A DNA stretch of 64,000 bases from Candidatus Uhrbacteria bacterium. GTDB lineage: Bacteria > Patescibacteriota > Patescibacteriia > UBA9934 > GWF2-40-263. Location of the stretch: assembly GCA_014239775.1 (NCBI GenBank), contig JAAZYG010000022.1, forward strand, positions 2,218-66,217. Reading direction: 5' to 3'. Positions 9,005 to 19,168 of this stretch are shown here, piece after piece. How positions within the stretch are numbered: position 1 is the stretch's first letter; each line of letters begins with the position of its first letter. The notes below the pieces were generated by a model that searched no databases, was not told where the DNA came from, and saw only the letters and a list, made by a program, of their open reading frames with translations. The position numbers and the translations under genes were made by a program.

Positions 9005-10216
9005 ATGTCTAATCCATTTAAAAATGCACTAAATCAACTGACGCGTGCAAATAAAGTACAAACATTTAGTAAAGAGTTTATAGAAAAGTTATTAATTCCA
9101 AATAATATAGTTGAGGTTTCAATTCCTGTAAAAATGGATGATGGATCAATGAAATCTTATGATGGATATCGTGTACAGTATAACAATGCAAGAGGTCCTT
9201 ATAAGGGGGGTATACGTTTTCATGAACAAGTAGATTTGGAGGAAGTTAAAGCATTGGCTTTTTGGATGGTACTGAAAGCGGCTGTGGTTAATATTCCAAC
9301 GGGCGGAGGAAAAGGTGGTGTAAAGGTGAATCCAAAAAAGTTATCAAATAAAGAGATTTAACTATTGTCTCGTGGTTGGATTAGGGCAATGGTTGAGTAT
9401 ATTGGGCCAGATAAAGATGTTCCAGCACCTGATGTAAATACAACCCCACAAATAATGGAATGGATGGCTGATGAATATGCAAAACTTACAGGTGACAATT
9501 CAGGTGCTGTAATTACTGGCAAACCACTTGGTAAGGGGGGTTCTGAAGGTAGGGATGTAGCAACTGCATTGGGTGGTTTCTACACATTTGAAGCACTCAA
9601 AGAACGTGTAAATTTATCAGAAAAATGTTCAGTTGTTATTCAGGGATTTGGTAACGCAGGTCAGCACGTAGCTAGTTTTTTTAATAACGCATCACATTCT
9701 GTAATGGCAGTGTCTGATTCTTCGGGTGCTATTTATAATGCAGAAGGATTGGATATACAAAAGTTAATAGAACATAAAAAGGAAACAGGATCTGTAGTTG
9801 GTTTTGAAGGTTCTAAGAATATTGAAAAAGTATTAGAAATAAATTGTGATGTATTAATACCAGCAGCATTGGAAAATCAGATCACATCTGAGAATGTGCA
9901 TAATATAAATACCAAATTAATTTTAGAGTTAGCAAATGGACCAACAACTCCAGAAGCAGATGACATTTTATTTGAAAAAGGTGTTGTAGTTGTACCAGAT
10001 ATTTTGGCAAATGCAGGAGGTGTTACAGTATCAACATTTGAGTGGGAACAGAATTTAAAAAATGAACATTGGTTAGAGCAAGATATTTTTGAAAAATTAC
10101 AAAAAATTATGCATCAGGAATCTGTAAATATTTATAATAAAGCACAGACACTTAAGACAGATCTAAGACGTGCTGCATTCATTGTTGCACTAGAACGTCT
10201 TGAGGATGCAATGTAA
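9005..10216 (+). pseudogene. gdhA: Glutamate dehydrogenase interrupted by an in-frame TAA at 9359-9361 (pseudogene or sequence error)
   Basis: ORFs 8999-9361 and 9365-10216 are in the same frame; GPYKGGIRF, GGGKGG, DVPAPD, QGFGNAG, ELANGP, PDILANAGGV. Confidence 0.88.
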
Positions 10217-10236
10217 AGTTGTTAATATTATTTTGT

Positions 10237-12627
10237 ATGAGTTTTAACCATCAAGAAATTGAAAAAAAATGGCAGAAGAAATGGGATGATACTCGTTCTG
10301 GAATTGTTAGTGAGAGTACAAATAAAAAAGACTCTCTCTATTATCTTATAATGTTCCCATATCCATCAGGGTCTGGTTTACATGTAGGTCATGTGGAGTC
10401 ATATGCTGCAATAGATATACTTGCAAGATATCAAAGGATGAAGGGAAAAAATGTAATGGTTCCAATTGGATATGATTCATTTGGACTTCCAGCAGAAAAT
10501 TATGCAATAAAGACAGGTGTTCATCCATCAAAAACCACAAAGACAGCAATTAACACATTTAGGCAGCAGATGAAGTCTGTTGGTTTAGCTTTTGATTGGG
10601 ATAGAGAAATTTCTACATCTGATCCTGAGTATTACAAATGGACACAGTGGTTATTTTTGTTATTTTATAAAAATGGTCTAGCATACAGAAAAAAATCAGC
10701 AGTTAATTGGTGTAATTCTTGTAGTACGGTTCTTGCTAATGAGCAGGTTGTTGCTGGTTGTTGTGAACGTTGTAAATCAGAGGTTGTTCAAAAAGATTTG
10801 GAGCAATGGTTTTTCAAAACAACAAAATATACAGAAGACTTGCTGTCTGGACTAGATGATTTGGATTGGCCATCAAAGATAAAAGCAATGCAAAAAAATT
10901 GGATAGGAAAGAGTGAGGGAACAAATATAAAATTTAAAATAAAAAATTCAAAATCACAAGTAGAGGTTTTTACAACAAGACCAGATACAATTTTTGGTGC
11001 AACTTATATTGTACTTGCTCCAGAGAATCCATTAGTAGATGAGATTGTATTAAAGGAACACAAGGAAGAAATAAGTAAATACACAAAAAATGCACAAAAA
11101 AAATCTGCACTTGAAAGAACAGAATTGCAAAAAATAAAAACAGGAGTGTTTACAGGTTCGTATGTTATAAATCCTGTAAACAATGAGGAGATTCCTGTAT
11201 GGGTAGCAGATTATGTAATGATGGGATATGGGACAGGTGCAATTATGGCTGTACCCGCTCATGATGAGAGAGATTTTGAATTTGCAGAAAAATACTCATT
11301 AGAAATAAGAAAGGTTGTTAAGTCCGATGATGACACAAAAGAAAGGTGTTTTTCAAAAGATGGTATTAGTTTAAATTCTGATTTTTTAAATGGATTAAAA
11401 ACCAGTGATGCAAAGAAAAAAATCATTAAATGGCTTTCAGAAAAAGAGGCTGGTGATTCAATGACAACTTATAGAATTCGTGATTGGTTAGTTTCTCGTC
11501 AAAGATATTGGGGCGCACCAATACCAATTATTTGGTGCGATAAATGTGGCGATGTTCCAGTAGAGGAAGAAAATTTACCTGTTCTATTACCAGAGGATGT
11601 AGATTTTAAACCAACGGGAGAATCGCCTTTGGTTGGATCAAAAACCTTTCATGATGTTAAGTGCCCAAAATGTGGTAATGATGCAAGACGCGAATCAGAT
11701 ACAATAGATACGTTCGTTGATTCATCTTGGTACCACCTTAGGTATTGTGATCCAAAAAATAAAAAAGTTTTTGCAGACAAGTCAAAGATAGACTACTGGT
11801 GTCCAGTTGATTTGTATATTGGTGGTGCAGAGCATGCTGTTATGCATTTATTGTATGCACGTTTTTTCGCACATGCTCTAAATGATCTTGGGTATATTAA
11901 ATTCAAGGAACCATTTACCAAGTTGCGTAATCAGGGATTGATTTTGGGTCCAGACGGAGAAAAGATGAGTAAGTCTAGCGGTAATGTTGTTAATCCAGAT
12001 ACTATAGTTTTAGAATATGGAGCTGATGCAATACGAATTTATGAAATGTTTATGGGGCCACTAGAAGATGAGAAACCATGGGATATAAAAGGTGTGGTTG
12101 GTATAAGGAGATTTTTAGATAGAGCCTGGAAGGTAAGATCTAAAATAAACAAAACTGAATCTGATGAGCTAGATAAATTGATGCACAAAACAATTAAGAA
12201 GGTTGGTGATGATTTTGAGGTTTTAAAATTCAATACAGCAATATCACAATTAATGATCATGACAAATGCAATGATGGAAGCAGAGTCTGTCACAAAAAAA
12301 ACATACCAAAGTTTTATTAAGCTGCTTGCACCACTTGCACCTCATTTGGCAGAAGAGGTGTGGGAAGAGTTGGGTAACACAAAAAGTGTGTTTAGTGATG
12401 GATGGCCAACGTACGATAAAGATAAATTAGTAGATGAAACAATTACATTGGCGATACAAATAAATGGAAAGATGCGTGCTACTATCATAATTAGTCCAAA
12501 TGCAAGTAAGGATGAAGCAAGATTAATCGCGTTGGATGATGAAAAAATAAATAGTTATATCAAGGGAAAAGATTTAAAAGAGATTATTTACGTACCAGGT
12601 AGAATAATGAATATAGTTGTAAAATAA
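10237..12627 (+). CDS. leuS: Leucine--tRNA ligase
   Basis: MFPYPSG, HVGH, FTTRPDT, GTGAIMAVPAHDERD, KMSKS. Confidence 0.98.
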   Translation: MSFNHQEIEKKWQKKWDDTRSGIVSESTNKKDSLYYLIMFPYPSGSGLHVGHVESYAAIDILARYQRMKGKNVMVPIGYDSFGLPAENYAIKTGVHPSKTTKTAINTFRQQMKSVGLAFDWDREISTSDPEYYKWTQWLFLLFYKNGLAYRKKSAVNWCNSCSTVLANEQVVAGCCERCKSEVVQKDLEQWFFKTTKYTEDLLSGLDDLDWPSKIKAMQKNWIGKSEGTNIKFKIKNSKSQVEVFTTRPDTIFGATYIVLAPENPLVDEIVLKEHKEEISKYTKNAQKKSALERTELQKIKTGVFTGSYVINPVNNEEIPVWVADYVMMGYGTGAIMAVPAHDERDFEFAEKYSLEIRKVVKSDDDTKERCFSKDGISLNSDFLNGLKTSDAKKKIIKWLSEKEAGDSMTTYRIRDWLVSRQRYWGAPIPIIWCDKCGDVPVEEENLPVLLPEDVDFKPTGESPLVGSKTFHDVKCPKCGNDARRESDTIDTFVDSSWYHLRYCDPKNKKVFADKSKIDYWCPVDLYIGGAEHAVMHLLYARFFAHALNDLGYIKFKEPFTKLRNQGLILGPDGEKMSKSSGNVVNPDTIVLEYGADAIRIYEMFMGPLEDEKPWDIKGVVGIRRFLDRAWKVRSKINKTESDELDKLMHKTIKKVGDDFEVLKFNTAISQLMIMTNAMMEAESVTKKTYQSFIKLLAPLAPHLAEEVWEELGNTKSVFSDGWPTYDKDKLVDETITLAIQINGKMRATIIISPNASKDEARLIALDDEKINSYIKGKDLKEIIYVPGRIMNIVVK

Positions 12628-12629
12628 AT

Positions 12630-13193
12630 ATGTTACCAGACAATGCAAAGAGTGTTTTTAAGGGAGAAATTTTTGAGATATTTCAATGGGAGCAAAAAAT
12701 GTACGATGATTCAATTGAGATTTTTGAAAAGATATCTAGACCGGATACTGTTGAGATAATTGCAATAACATCTGATGGCAAGATGATTATTCAAAATCAA
12801 GAACAACCAGATTCAACAAAGAGATTTTTGTCTGTGGTTGGTGGACGTGTTGATAAGGGTGAGAAACCATTTGATGCAGCAAAAAGAGAAATGCTAGAGG
12901 AGACTGGGTATTCTTCAGATGTCTGGATGGATTATTCTAAGGAAACACCATCTAAAAAAATGATATGGGATATATACGTGTATATTGCTAAGAACTGTAT
13001 CAAAACACATGATCAGAAATTGGATCCTGGAGAAAAAATTGATTTAATTTTTGTTGATATGGATGAGTTTCTAAGATTAGTTGATACAGGAGAGCTTAAA
13101 GGACTTAGTCCAGAATTGAAGCTTAAGTGTGTACGTGCAATATATGATCCTGGGTTAAGAGAACAACTTAAAAATGATTTTTTTGGAGGCTAA
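12630..13193 (+). CDS. NUDIX hydrolase (ADP-ribose pyrophosphatase-like)
   Basis: Nudix box GGRVDKGEKPFDAAKREMLEETGY. Confidence 0.9.
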   Translation: MLPDNAKSVFKGEIFEIFQWEQKMYDDSIEIFEKISRPDTVEIIAITSDGKMIIQNQEQPDSTKRFLSVVGGRVDKGEKPFDAAKREMLEETGYSSDVWMDYSKETPSKKMIWDIYVYIAKNCIKTHDQKLDPGEKIDLIFVDMDEFLRLVDTGELKGLSPELKLKCVRAIYDPGLREQLKNDFFGG

Positions 13194-13252
13194 ACACCTC
13201 TTTTTATTTTAACTAGTCATAAATTAAACCTTTTGATAAGGTGCAACAGAAT

Positions 13253-14578
13253 ATGAATATTGTAATGATAGGAACAGGATATGTGGGTCTTACAACTGGT
13301 ATTGGATTTGCTAGTATTGGTCACAGAGTTGCATGCGTAGATAAAGATATAAAAAAGATATCAATGCTTGATGTAGGTAAGGTTCCTTTTTATGAACCAG
13401 AACTTTCTTTAAAAATGAAAGAGTTGCAAGAGTCAGGGAACATAATGTTTACATCAGATTTATCAAACGTAATAGCAAATGCTGACGTATTGGTTGTTGC
13501 TGTACAGACTCCACCAGCCGTTAATGGCCAGGCCGATCTGTCATATATAATGAAAGCAGCCGATGAGATTGGAAGGAGTCTTGATCATGAGGCTTTGATA
13601 GTTATAAAAAGTACAGTACCAGTTGGCACAACTGAAAAATTTATCGAGCGTGTAAAAACAAGTTTAAGGAACTGTGGGAGAGATGAGTTGGCTGATGTAA
13701 TTCAGATTGCATTTGTTCCAGAGTTTTTAAGGGAAGGTACAGCATTAAGTGATTTTCTTCGTCCCGATAGAATTGTGCTAGGTGCAAAAGACGAAGTGGC
13801 GTTTATTATACTTTCTAAGATGCATGAAAATATAAATACAAAAATAATCAAAACAACGATTGAGTCAGCAGAAATTATTAAGTATGCAGCCAATGCATTT
13901 TTAGCAACAAAAATTTCATTTATTAATGAGATCGCAAATATAGCAGAAATTACAGGTGGAAATATTATTGATATTGTTGCAGGTGTGGGCACTGATTCAC
14001 GCATAGGTCCAAAATTTTTAAATGCAGGTATTGGTTATGGAGGGTCTTGTTTTCCTAAAGATGTATCAGCTCTAAAACAAATAGCAGGTACTAATGGATA
14101 TGATTTTAAATTATTAAGTGCTGTAATAGAAACAAATAATCGACAACGAGATTTATTTTTTAAAAAAATACTATTAACATTAAGGGTGTTAAAAGGTAGG
14201 AGAATTGGTGTTTGGGGATTATCGTTTAAACCTAACACTGATGACATTCGTGAATCTGCTGCAATAGATTTGGTACAAAGATTGGTTGCATATGGTGCAG
14301 ATGTAAGTGTTTACGACCCAAAGGCCATGGAAAATTCAAAAAAGATTTTACCAGATTCGGTTGTGTTTTGTTCTACGCCAATTGATGCAGCGGAAGGTGT
14401 AGAGGCATTACTTGTTTTAACAGAGTGGCCAGAGTTTAAAAAAGTATCATTTGCAACCATGATAACAAGAATGGTTCGTCCACTAATTTTTGATGGTCGT
14501 AATTGCTTGATTGATATGAAATTAGAGAGTTCGGGATTTGAGTATCAGGGTGTTGGTTTATGTGGCTTAAAAAAATAA
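13253..14578 (+). CDS. ugd: UDP-glucose/GDP-mannose dehydrogenase family protein
   Basis: GTGYVGL, KSTVPVGT, PEFLREG, GYGGSCFPKD, FKPNTDDIRES. Confidence 0.93.
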   Translation: MNIVMIGTGYVGLTTGIGFASIGHRVACVDKDIKKISMLDVGKVPFYEPELSLKMKELQESGNIMFTSDLSNVIANADVLVVAVQTPPAVNGQADLSYIMKAADEIGRSLDHEALIVIKSTVPVGTTEKFIERVKTSLRNCGRDELADVIQIAFVPEFLREGTALSDFLRPDRIVLGAKDEVAFIILSKMHENINTKIIKTTIESAEIIKYAANAFLATKISFINEIANIAEITGGNIIDIVAGVGTDSRIGPKFLNAGIGYGGSCFPKDVSALKQIAGTNGYDFKLLSAVIETNNRQRDLFFKKILLTLRVLKGRRIGVWGLSFKPNTDDIRESAAIDLVQRLVAYGADVSVYDPKAMENSKKILPDSVVFCSTPIDAAEGVEALLVLTEWPEFKKVSFATMITRMVRPLIFDGRNCLIDMKLESSGFEYQGVGLCGLKK

Positions 14579-16047
14579 TAAATTCTCCTTCAAAAAGTTT
14601 CGCCACAATTATGGCGATCTTTTGTTTTGGGATATTGTTTGGCCCTTTATTTTTATTTATAGAGATAAATTTTTTTATATCTATATTTAGTTTACTAATA
14701 AGTTTACTTGTTCTAAATAAAAATAGAATATATGGATTTTTATTAATTATTATTTTTATTTTTTTGTTTGGAGTATTTAGATATACTCAAAGTGAAGTTC
14801 CAAATCATATTACAAATGTATCTGAAAAAATAGGCAGGCCAGTAAGTATAGAAGGTGTTGTAAGCACCAATGTTGAAGACACAATAAACAACAAGAGAAT
14901 AATTATTGATGATGTAAGTATTGTGGGCAAAAAAACATTTGGAAAAATATTAGTTACAGCACCTCTGTATGTTGGTGCAGAATATAAAGACAAGATTAGT
15001 TTTACTTGTAGGCTAAAAATGCCAGAACCATTTAATGGATTTAGATATGACAAATATTTAGAGTCAAAAGGTATTTTAGCATTATGCCATTTTCCAAAAT
15101 ATATAGATTTGGTGGAGTATGGTGAATTTAATATTATAAAAGTAATATATTCAATCAAGCAAAATTTAACGACTCGTCTTAGTGGGCTTGTTCCAGCACC
15201 TCATTCAAACTTTCTTTCAGGATTATTATTTGGAGGTCAGTCGTCAATATCAAAAACCATACAAGATGATTTTTCAAAAACAGGTACATCTCATATATTA
15301 GCAGCATCAGGGTTTAATGTAGCAATTCTTTCAGTATTTTTATTATCTTGGATTTTGAAAACACGCATAGGAAGAAAAAAAGGTTTGTTATTAATTTTAT
15401 CAATGTTAATTCTGTATATGATCATTGCTGGGGCAACACCTTCAGTTGTAAGAGCTACACTTATGGGTTGCATGTTGGTATTACAAAAAATAGTAAACAG
15501 AAAGCCATATACAATAAATATCTTATTACTTGCGTTGTCTATAATGTTACTTATAAATCCAAGAATATTACTTGATGATGTAGGATTTCAATTATCGTTT
15601 GCAGCAACCATTGGGATAATGCTAATGACTAAAAATTGGATAGAAAGATTTAAGTTTTTACCAGAAAATTTTGGTATAAGAGATTCATTTGCAGCATCAA
15701 TGTCAGCCATAATATTTACTACACCTATATTGCTTTGGCATTTCGGAGCACTGTCAGTAGTATCTCCAATGGTCAATCTTATAATTTTACCAGCATTACC
15801 TTTTGTTATGAGCATTATAATTATAGGACTACTATTAAGTTTTGTTTCTTCTATTGTGGCAAAAATCGTTTTGCTTATAGCATGGGTATTTTCATATTCA
15901 ATATTGAGAATAATAAGTGTATATGCATCATTTGATTTTTCACAAATTGAATTTTCACATCAAAAAATAATATCTGTAATACTTGTCGTGATTATGGGTA
16001 TGTTCTGTTGGTATAAAAAAAAATATGCAAAAAAGAAGAGCACATAA
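14560..16047 (+). CDS. comEC: ComEC/Rec2 competence protein, membrane plus OB part
   Basis: GTSHILAASGFNV, PSVVRA, DVGFQLSFAAT. Confidence 0.92.
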   Translation: MWLKKIINSPSKSFATIMAIFCFGILFGPLFLFIEINFFISIFSLLISLLVLNKNRIYGFLLIIIFIFLFGVFRYTQSEVPNHITNVSEKIGRPVSIEGVVSTNVEDTINNKRIIIDDVSIVGKKTFGKILVTAPLYVGAEYKDKISFTCRLKMPEPFNGFRYDKYLESKGILALCHFPKYIDLVEYGEFNIIKVIYSIKQNLTTRLSGLVPAPHSNFLSGLLFGGQSSISKTIQDDFSKTGTSHILAASGFNVAILSVFLLSWILKTRIGRKKGLLLILSMLILYMIIAGATPSVVRATLMGCMLVLQKIVNRKPYTINILLLALSIMLLINPRILLDDVGFQLSFAATIGIMLMTKNWIERFKFLPENFGIRDSFAASMSAIIFTTPILLWHFGALSVVSPMVNLIILPALPFVMSIIIIGLLLSFVSSIVAKIVLLIAWVFSYSILRIISVYASFDFSQIEFSHQKIISVILVVIMGMFCWYKKKYAKKKST

Positions 16048-16936
16048 ACGCTATTTACCTATAAATAATAAAAAAAAATACATAACACATGTATGTATAT
16101 TATTTTTATTTTCTGTATTTATTTTATTTAGTGCGATAGGTCGTGTGCGACTTGATTCAAACAATAAGTTGTCTGTATGGTTTTTTGATATTGGACAAGG
16201 TGACGCATCGTTTATCGAGACACCAGACAATAGGCAGATATTAATTGATGGTGGCCCAGATGGAACCATTCTGGATAAATTATCGTCTGTAATGTGGCCA
16301 TGGGACAATACAATTGATGTGGTAATAATTACGCACATGGACGCAGATCATGTAAATGGTTTAGTGTCAGTATTTGATAAGTATAAAATAGACACAGTTA
16401 TATATAGTGGTGCACTAACAAGTGGTGTTATGGGTCAATTTATTGAACAAAAAATAATTAATGAAAAATCTAGAGTCATAAATGCCAAATTTGGCTATGT
16501 TTATAATGTGAGTGATGTAGGAATACATATATTATGGCCACAAAAAAATATATCAGGTAAATTTATTAAAGATAAAAATAATAGTTCTATAGTTTTTGGC
16601 TTACAATATCAAAACACTGAGGTGCTATTTACTGGTGACATTGAGAAGGAGACAGAAAAATATATTCTGCCGTATATAAAGGATGTTGATGTGCTAAAGG
16701 TTGCACATCATGGTAGTAAGACGTCTTCTATAAATGATTTTTTAAAAAGAGCCAAGCCTGAATATTCTATAATATCTGTTGGTGAAAATAATAGGTATAA
16801 TCATCCAAATTATGGTGTGCTAGACAGATTGAAGGACATAGGATCATATATTTATAGAACAGATACTGATTCAGATATAATGATGATTATTGATTCATAT
16901 GGTTATAAAATTAAATCTAATCCCTTGCCTTTCTAA
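16025..16936 (+). CDS. ComEC-type metallo-beta-lactamase domain protein (separately encoded)
   Basis: DIGQGD, LIDGG, THMDADH, TGD, KVAHHGS, YNHP. Confidence 0.92.
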   Translation: MQKRRAHKRYLPINNKKKYITHVCILFLFSVFILFSAIGRVRLDSNNKLSVWFFDIGQGDASFIETPDNRQILIDGGPDGTILDKLSSVMWPWDNTIDVVIITHMDADHVNGLVSVFDKYKIDTVIYSGALTSGVMGQFIEQKIINEKSRVINAKFGYVYNVSDVGIHILWPQKNISGKFIKDKNNSSIVFGLQYQNTEVLFTGDIEKETEKYILPYIKDVDVLKVAHHGSKTSSINDFLKRAKPEYSIISVGENNRYNHPNYGVLDRLKDIGSYIYRTDTDSDIMMIIDSYGYKIKSNPLPF

Positions 16937-16987
16937 GTATAAAATGATAATCTTACGCAAATTTATTTAACATAAGCCTAAAGCAAT

Positions 16988-17455
16988 ATGGCAGATTCAC
17001 AAAAAACATTAGTACTACTTAAGCCAGACGCATTACAAAGAGATTTACTTGGTCAAATCGTTACTCGATTTGAACGAAAGGGCATGAAAATAGTCGCTAT
17101 GAAGTTTATAAGATTATCAGAAGAAATGTTGTCAGAGCACTACTCACATTTAGCAGATAAACCATTTTTTGATAGCCTAAAAAAATTCATGATGCAAACA
17201 CCTGTAGTTGGAATGGTGCTTGAAGGGTATGATGCTGTTAATGAGATTAGAAAAATTGTCGGATCAACAAACCCCCGCGAAGCAGATGCTGGAACAATTA
17301 GAGCAGATTTTTCAATGAACGTTCCGTCAAATCTGGTACACGCTTCAGACTCACCAGAAGCTGCACAGTCTGAGATTGAGAGATTTTTTACAGATGCTGA
17401 AGTGTTTAATTACGAAAAAATTACCGATAAATATATTTTTGGAGAGGGAGTGTAA
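16988..17455 (+). CDS. ndk: Nucleoside-diphosphate kinase
   Basis: LKPD, GSTNP, GTIRADF, NLVHASDS. Confidence 0.97.
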   Translation: MADSQKTLVLLKPDALQRDLLGQIVTRFERKGMKIVAMKFIRLSEEMLSEHYSHLADKPFFDSLKKFMMQTPVVGMVLEGYDAVNEIRKIVGSTNPREADAGTIRADFSMNVPSNLVHASDSPEAAQSEIERFFTDAEVFNYEKITDKYIFGEGV

Positions 17456-17465
17456 TACGAGTGGT

Positions 17466-17495
17466 AGCAGCGGTGCTTTGACGCCGCTGTTTTTA
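17466..17495 (+). terminator. Intrinsic terminator after ndk
   Basis: GCAGCGGTG/CGCCGCTGT followed by a T run. Confidence 0.75.
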
Positions 17496-17563
17496 TTTGG
17501 TAGCATTCTTTTTGTGTTTACTAAATTAAGGTATACACAAATCCTGTGAGGAGGGAGATATAA

Positions 17564-17797
17564 ATGGAAGAAGTAAAGACTGGAATTATTGAGTCTGTAA
17601 AGCCACAAGGAGGTCTTGGGGTTCGGAAAAAGTATATTACCAGCTTGGAAGAGCTGGGGGTTATTGATAGAGCAATGTCTGATGTGTTTTTAATCTCAGG
17701 CACACCTGTCTCAGACATACATACATACGCAAGCATAGTTGCTCGTGGACTTGATTTGCAATTGCAGTTACCATCACCTCCACACCTAAAGGTCTAA
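17564..17797 (+). CDS. Small hypothetical protein (77 aa)
   Basis: Strong SD GAGGAGGGAG; hairpin AAAGGTCTA/TAGACCTTT+T run at its end. Confidence 0.65.
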   Translation: MEEVKTGIIESVKPQGGLGVRKKYITSLEELGVIDRAMSDVFLISGTPVSDIHTYASIVARGLDLQLQLPSPPHLKV

Positions 17798-17884
17798 CTA
17801 GACCTTTTTTATTTTATTAAATATCTTGACTAAAACGTATATTTTATGTAGGTTGTTATGTGCTCTAGCTTAAGAGGGAGGCTC

Positions 17885-19009
17885 ATGAAAGAATGGATTG
17901 AATTACAGAAATGGCAGCAAGATTGGTTGCCAAGCACAAACAAACCAGCAGACTTTAAGGATTCTATAGAAAAGAGACTTCTATTACTAGAAAGATCTCC
18001 ATTTGTGGATCGATGGTCTTTTACTCAGGCAATTCAGGCGGTCCGTACTGCTCGTTACTTGCTCATTCAAAATTTTGCATACGGATTTACCAACGAGCTC
18101 CTGCTCGATTCAAGTATTGCATCCACTCCACATCTAAGCAGGTTGCTTACATTGGCACAGAGAGGAAGTGGTGTATTTGATGTACAGCGCCGTTTCGAAG
18201 CTTTGTCATTATTTGATCAGGCTCTTAGTGTGGCAAAGATTGAACGAGAAGATCCTCTTGAATCAATTGGTCATAATCTAGATCAATTCATTGATTTGTT
18301 GTCCGGTTCAATTTTTAGGAACGGGTATAGTAAAGTAAAAATTTATTCATACCATGATCCTGAAAATGAATATGAAGTACCAGCAGGTAATGTTGGTGTT
18401 GGAAAACAATTGCGACGTAGGGGAATGTCTCAAAAACTTCACAGGCTTACGTGTAGGCAGCAAAAAAACAAAGAAATTGTTTTTATGCATCACAGAATCA
18501 AAGATCCATTTAAGACATGGCTTAAGATGCAGAAACAAGTGATGGGAACATTTAGGTCTGAACCATATCAAATTCATGACAGATGTGGTTTGATGTTTAT
18601 TGTTCCAAGACGTAAAAGTGTGAAGATTATTGCAGATAAAATTATTAATCTTGCAATAAGAAATGGTGCTATTATTTGCGAAACATTTCAATCCAATTAC
18701 GGAAAGAGTGAGTTCGTAGATCCACCAAACAATGCATCGTCATCCAGATATAAGGTGGCAAAAGTATGCATTCATTGGAACGGTCATTTTATTGAGTTAC
18801 AATTCATGACCTTCTATGATTATTTTTCAAGCACCAGATCACTTTCTGATGTTAATCATGAACTTTATAAACTCAAACAGTCTTATCAATGTTTTTTCCC
18901 ATTGATTTGGCCAAAAGAAGTTTATGGAATCGACTGGAACAATGGCAGTATAATAAGTCAGATGACCAGATGGAAAAAAGCGCAGATTGGATGGTGTGTC
19001 AAAGACTAA
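17885..19009 (+). CDS. Divergent RelA/SpoT-synthetase-fold nucleotidyltransferase
   Basis: HHRIK..K, IHDRCGL, Y, IELQFMT and NHELYK align in order with the synthetase domain of rel at 62171-63670; SD AAGAGGGAGG; promoter TTGACT-17-TAGGTT at 17826-17854. Confidence 0.65.
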   Translation: MKEWIELQKWQQDWLPSTNKPADFKDSIEKRLLLLERSPFVDRWSFTQAIQAVRTARYLLIQNFAYGFTNELLLDSSIASTPHLSRLLTLAQRGSGVFDVQRRFEALSLFDQALSVAKIEREDPLESIGHNLDQFIDLLSGSIFRNGYSKVKIYSYHDPENEYEVPAGNVGVGKQLRRRGMSQKLHRLTCRQQKNKEIVFMHHRIKDPFKTWLKMQKQVMGTFRSEPYQIHDRCGLMFIVPRRKSVKIIADKIINLAIRNGAIICETFQSNYGKSEFVDPPNNASSSRYKVAKVCIHWNGHFIELQFMTFYDYFSSTRSLSDVNHELYKLKQSYQCFFPLIWPKEVYGIDWNNGSIISQMTRWKKAQIGWCVKD

Positions 19010-19073
19010 TAAATACTTATTTTTTAAGTATCTCAAACAGTTTATTTAATTGAACTGTTTTTTTATAGGATCA

Positions 19074-19117
19074 TGTGGAAAAAACTGTGGATTATTCTGT
19101 GTATCACAAGTGGACTA
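19074..19117. promoter_or_regulatory. Tandem DnaA-box-like array
   Basis: TGTGGAAAA (19074), TGTGGATTA (19086), TGTGTATCA (19098), AGTGGACTA (19109) versus consensus TGTGGATAA, at 11-12 bp spacing. Confidence 0.5.
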
Positions 19118-19133
19118 TTCACCCTTTTAAAAC

Positions 19134-19161
19134 TTGCAAGAATTTGTGAATATGGTAATTT
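19134..19161 (+). promoter_or_regulatory. Putative sigma70 promoter of the ncRNA
   Basis: TTGCAA-16-TAATTT with extended -10 TG; predicted start ~19167-19169 coincides with the first paired base. Confidence 0.55.
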
Positions 19162-19168
19162 TAATTAT

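Noticed and set aside
19040-19160. Replication origin at the DnaA-box cluster
   Set aside because: No dnaA/dnaN nearby, no perfect box, and gene orientation is the same on both sides.
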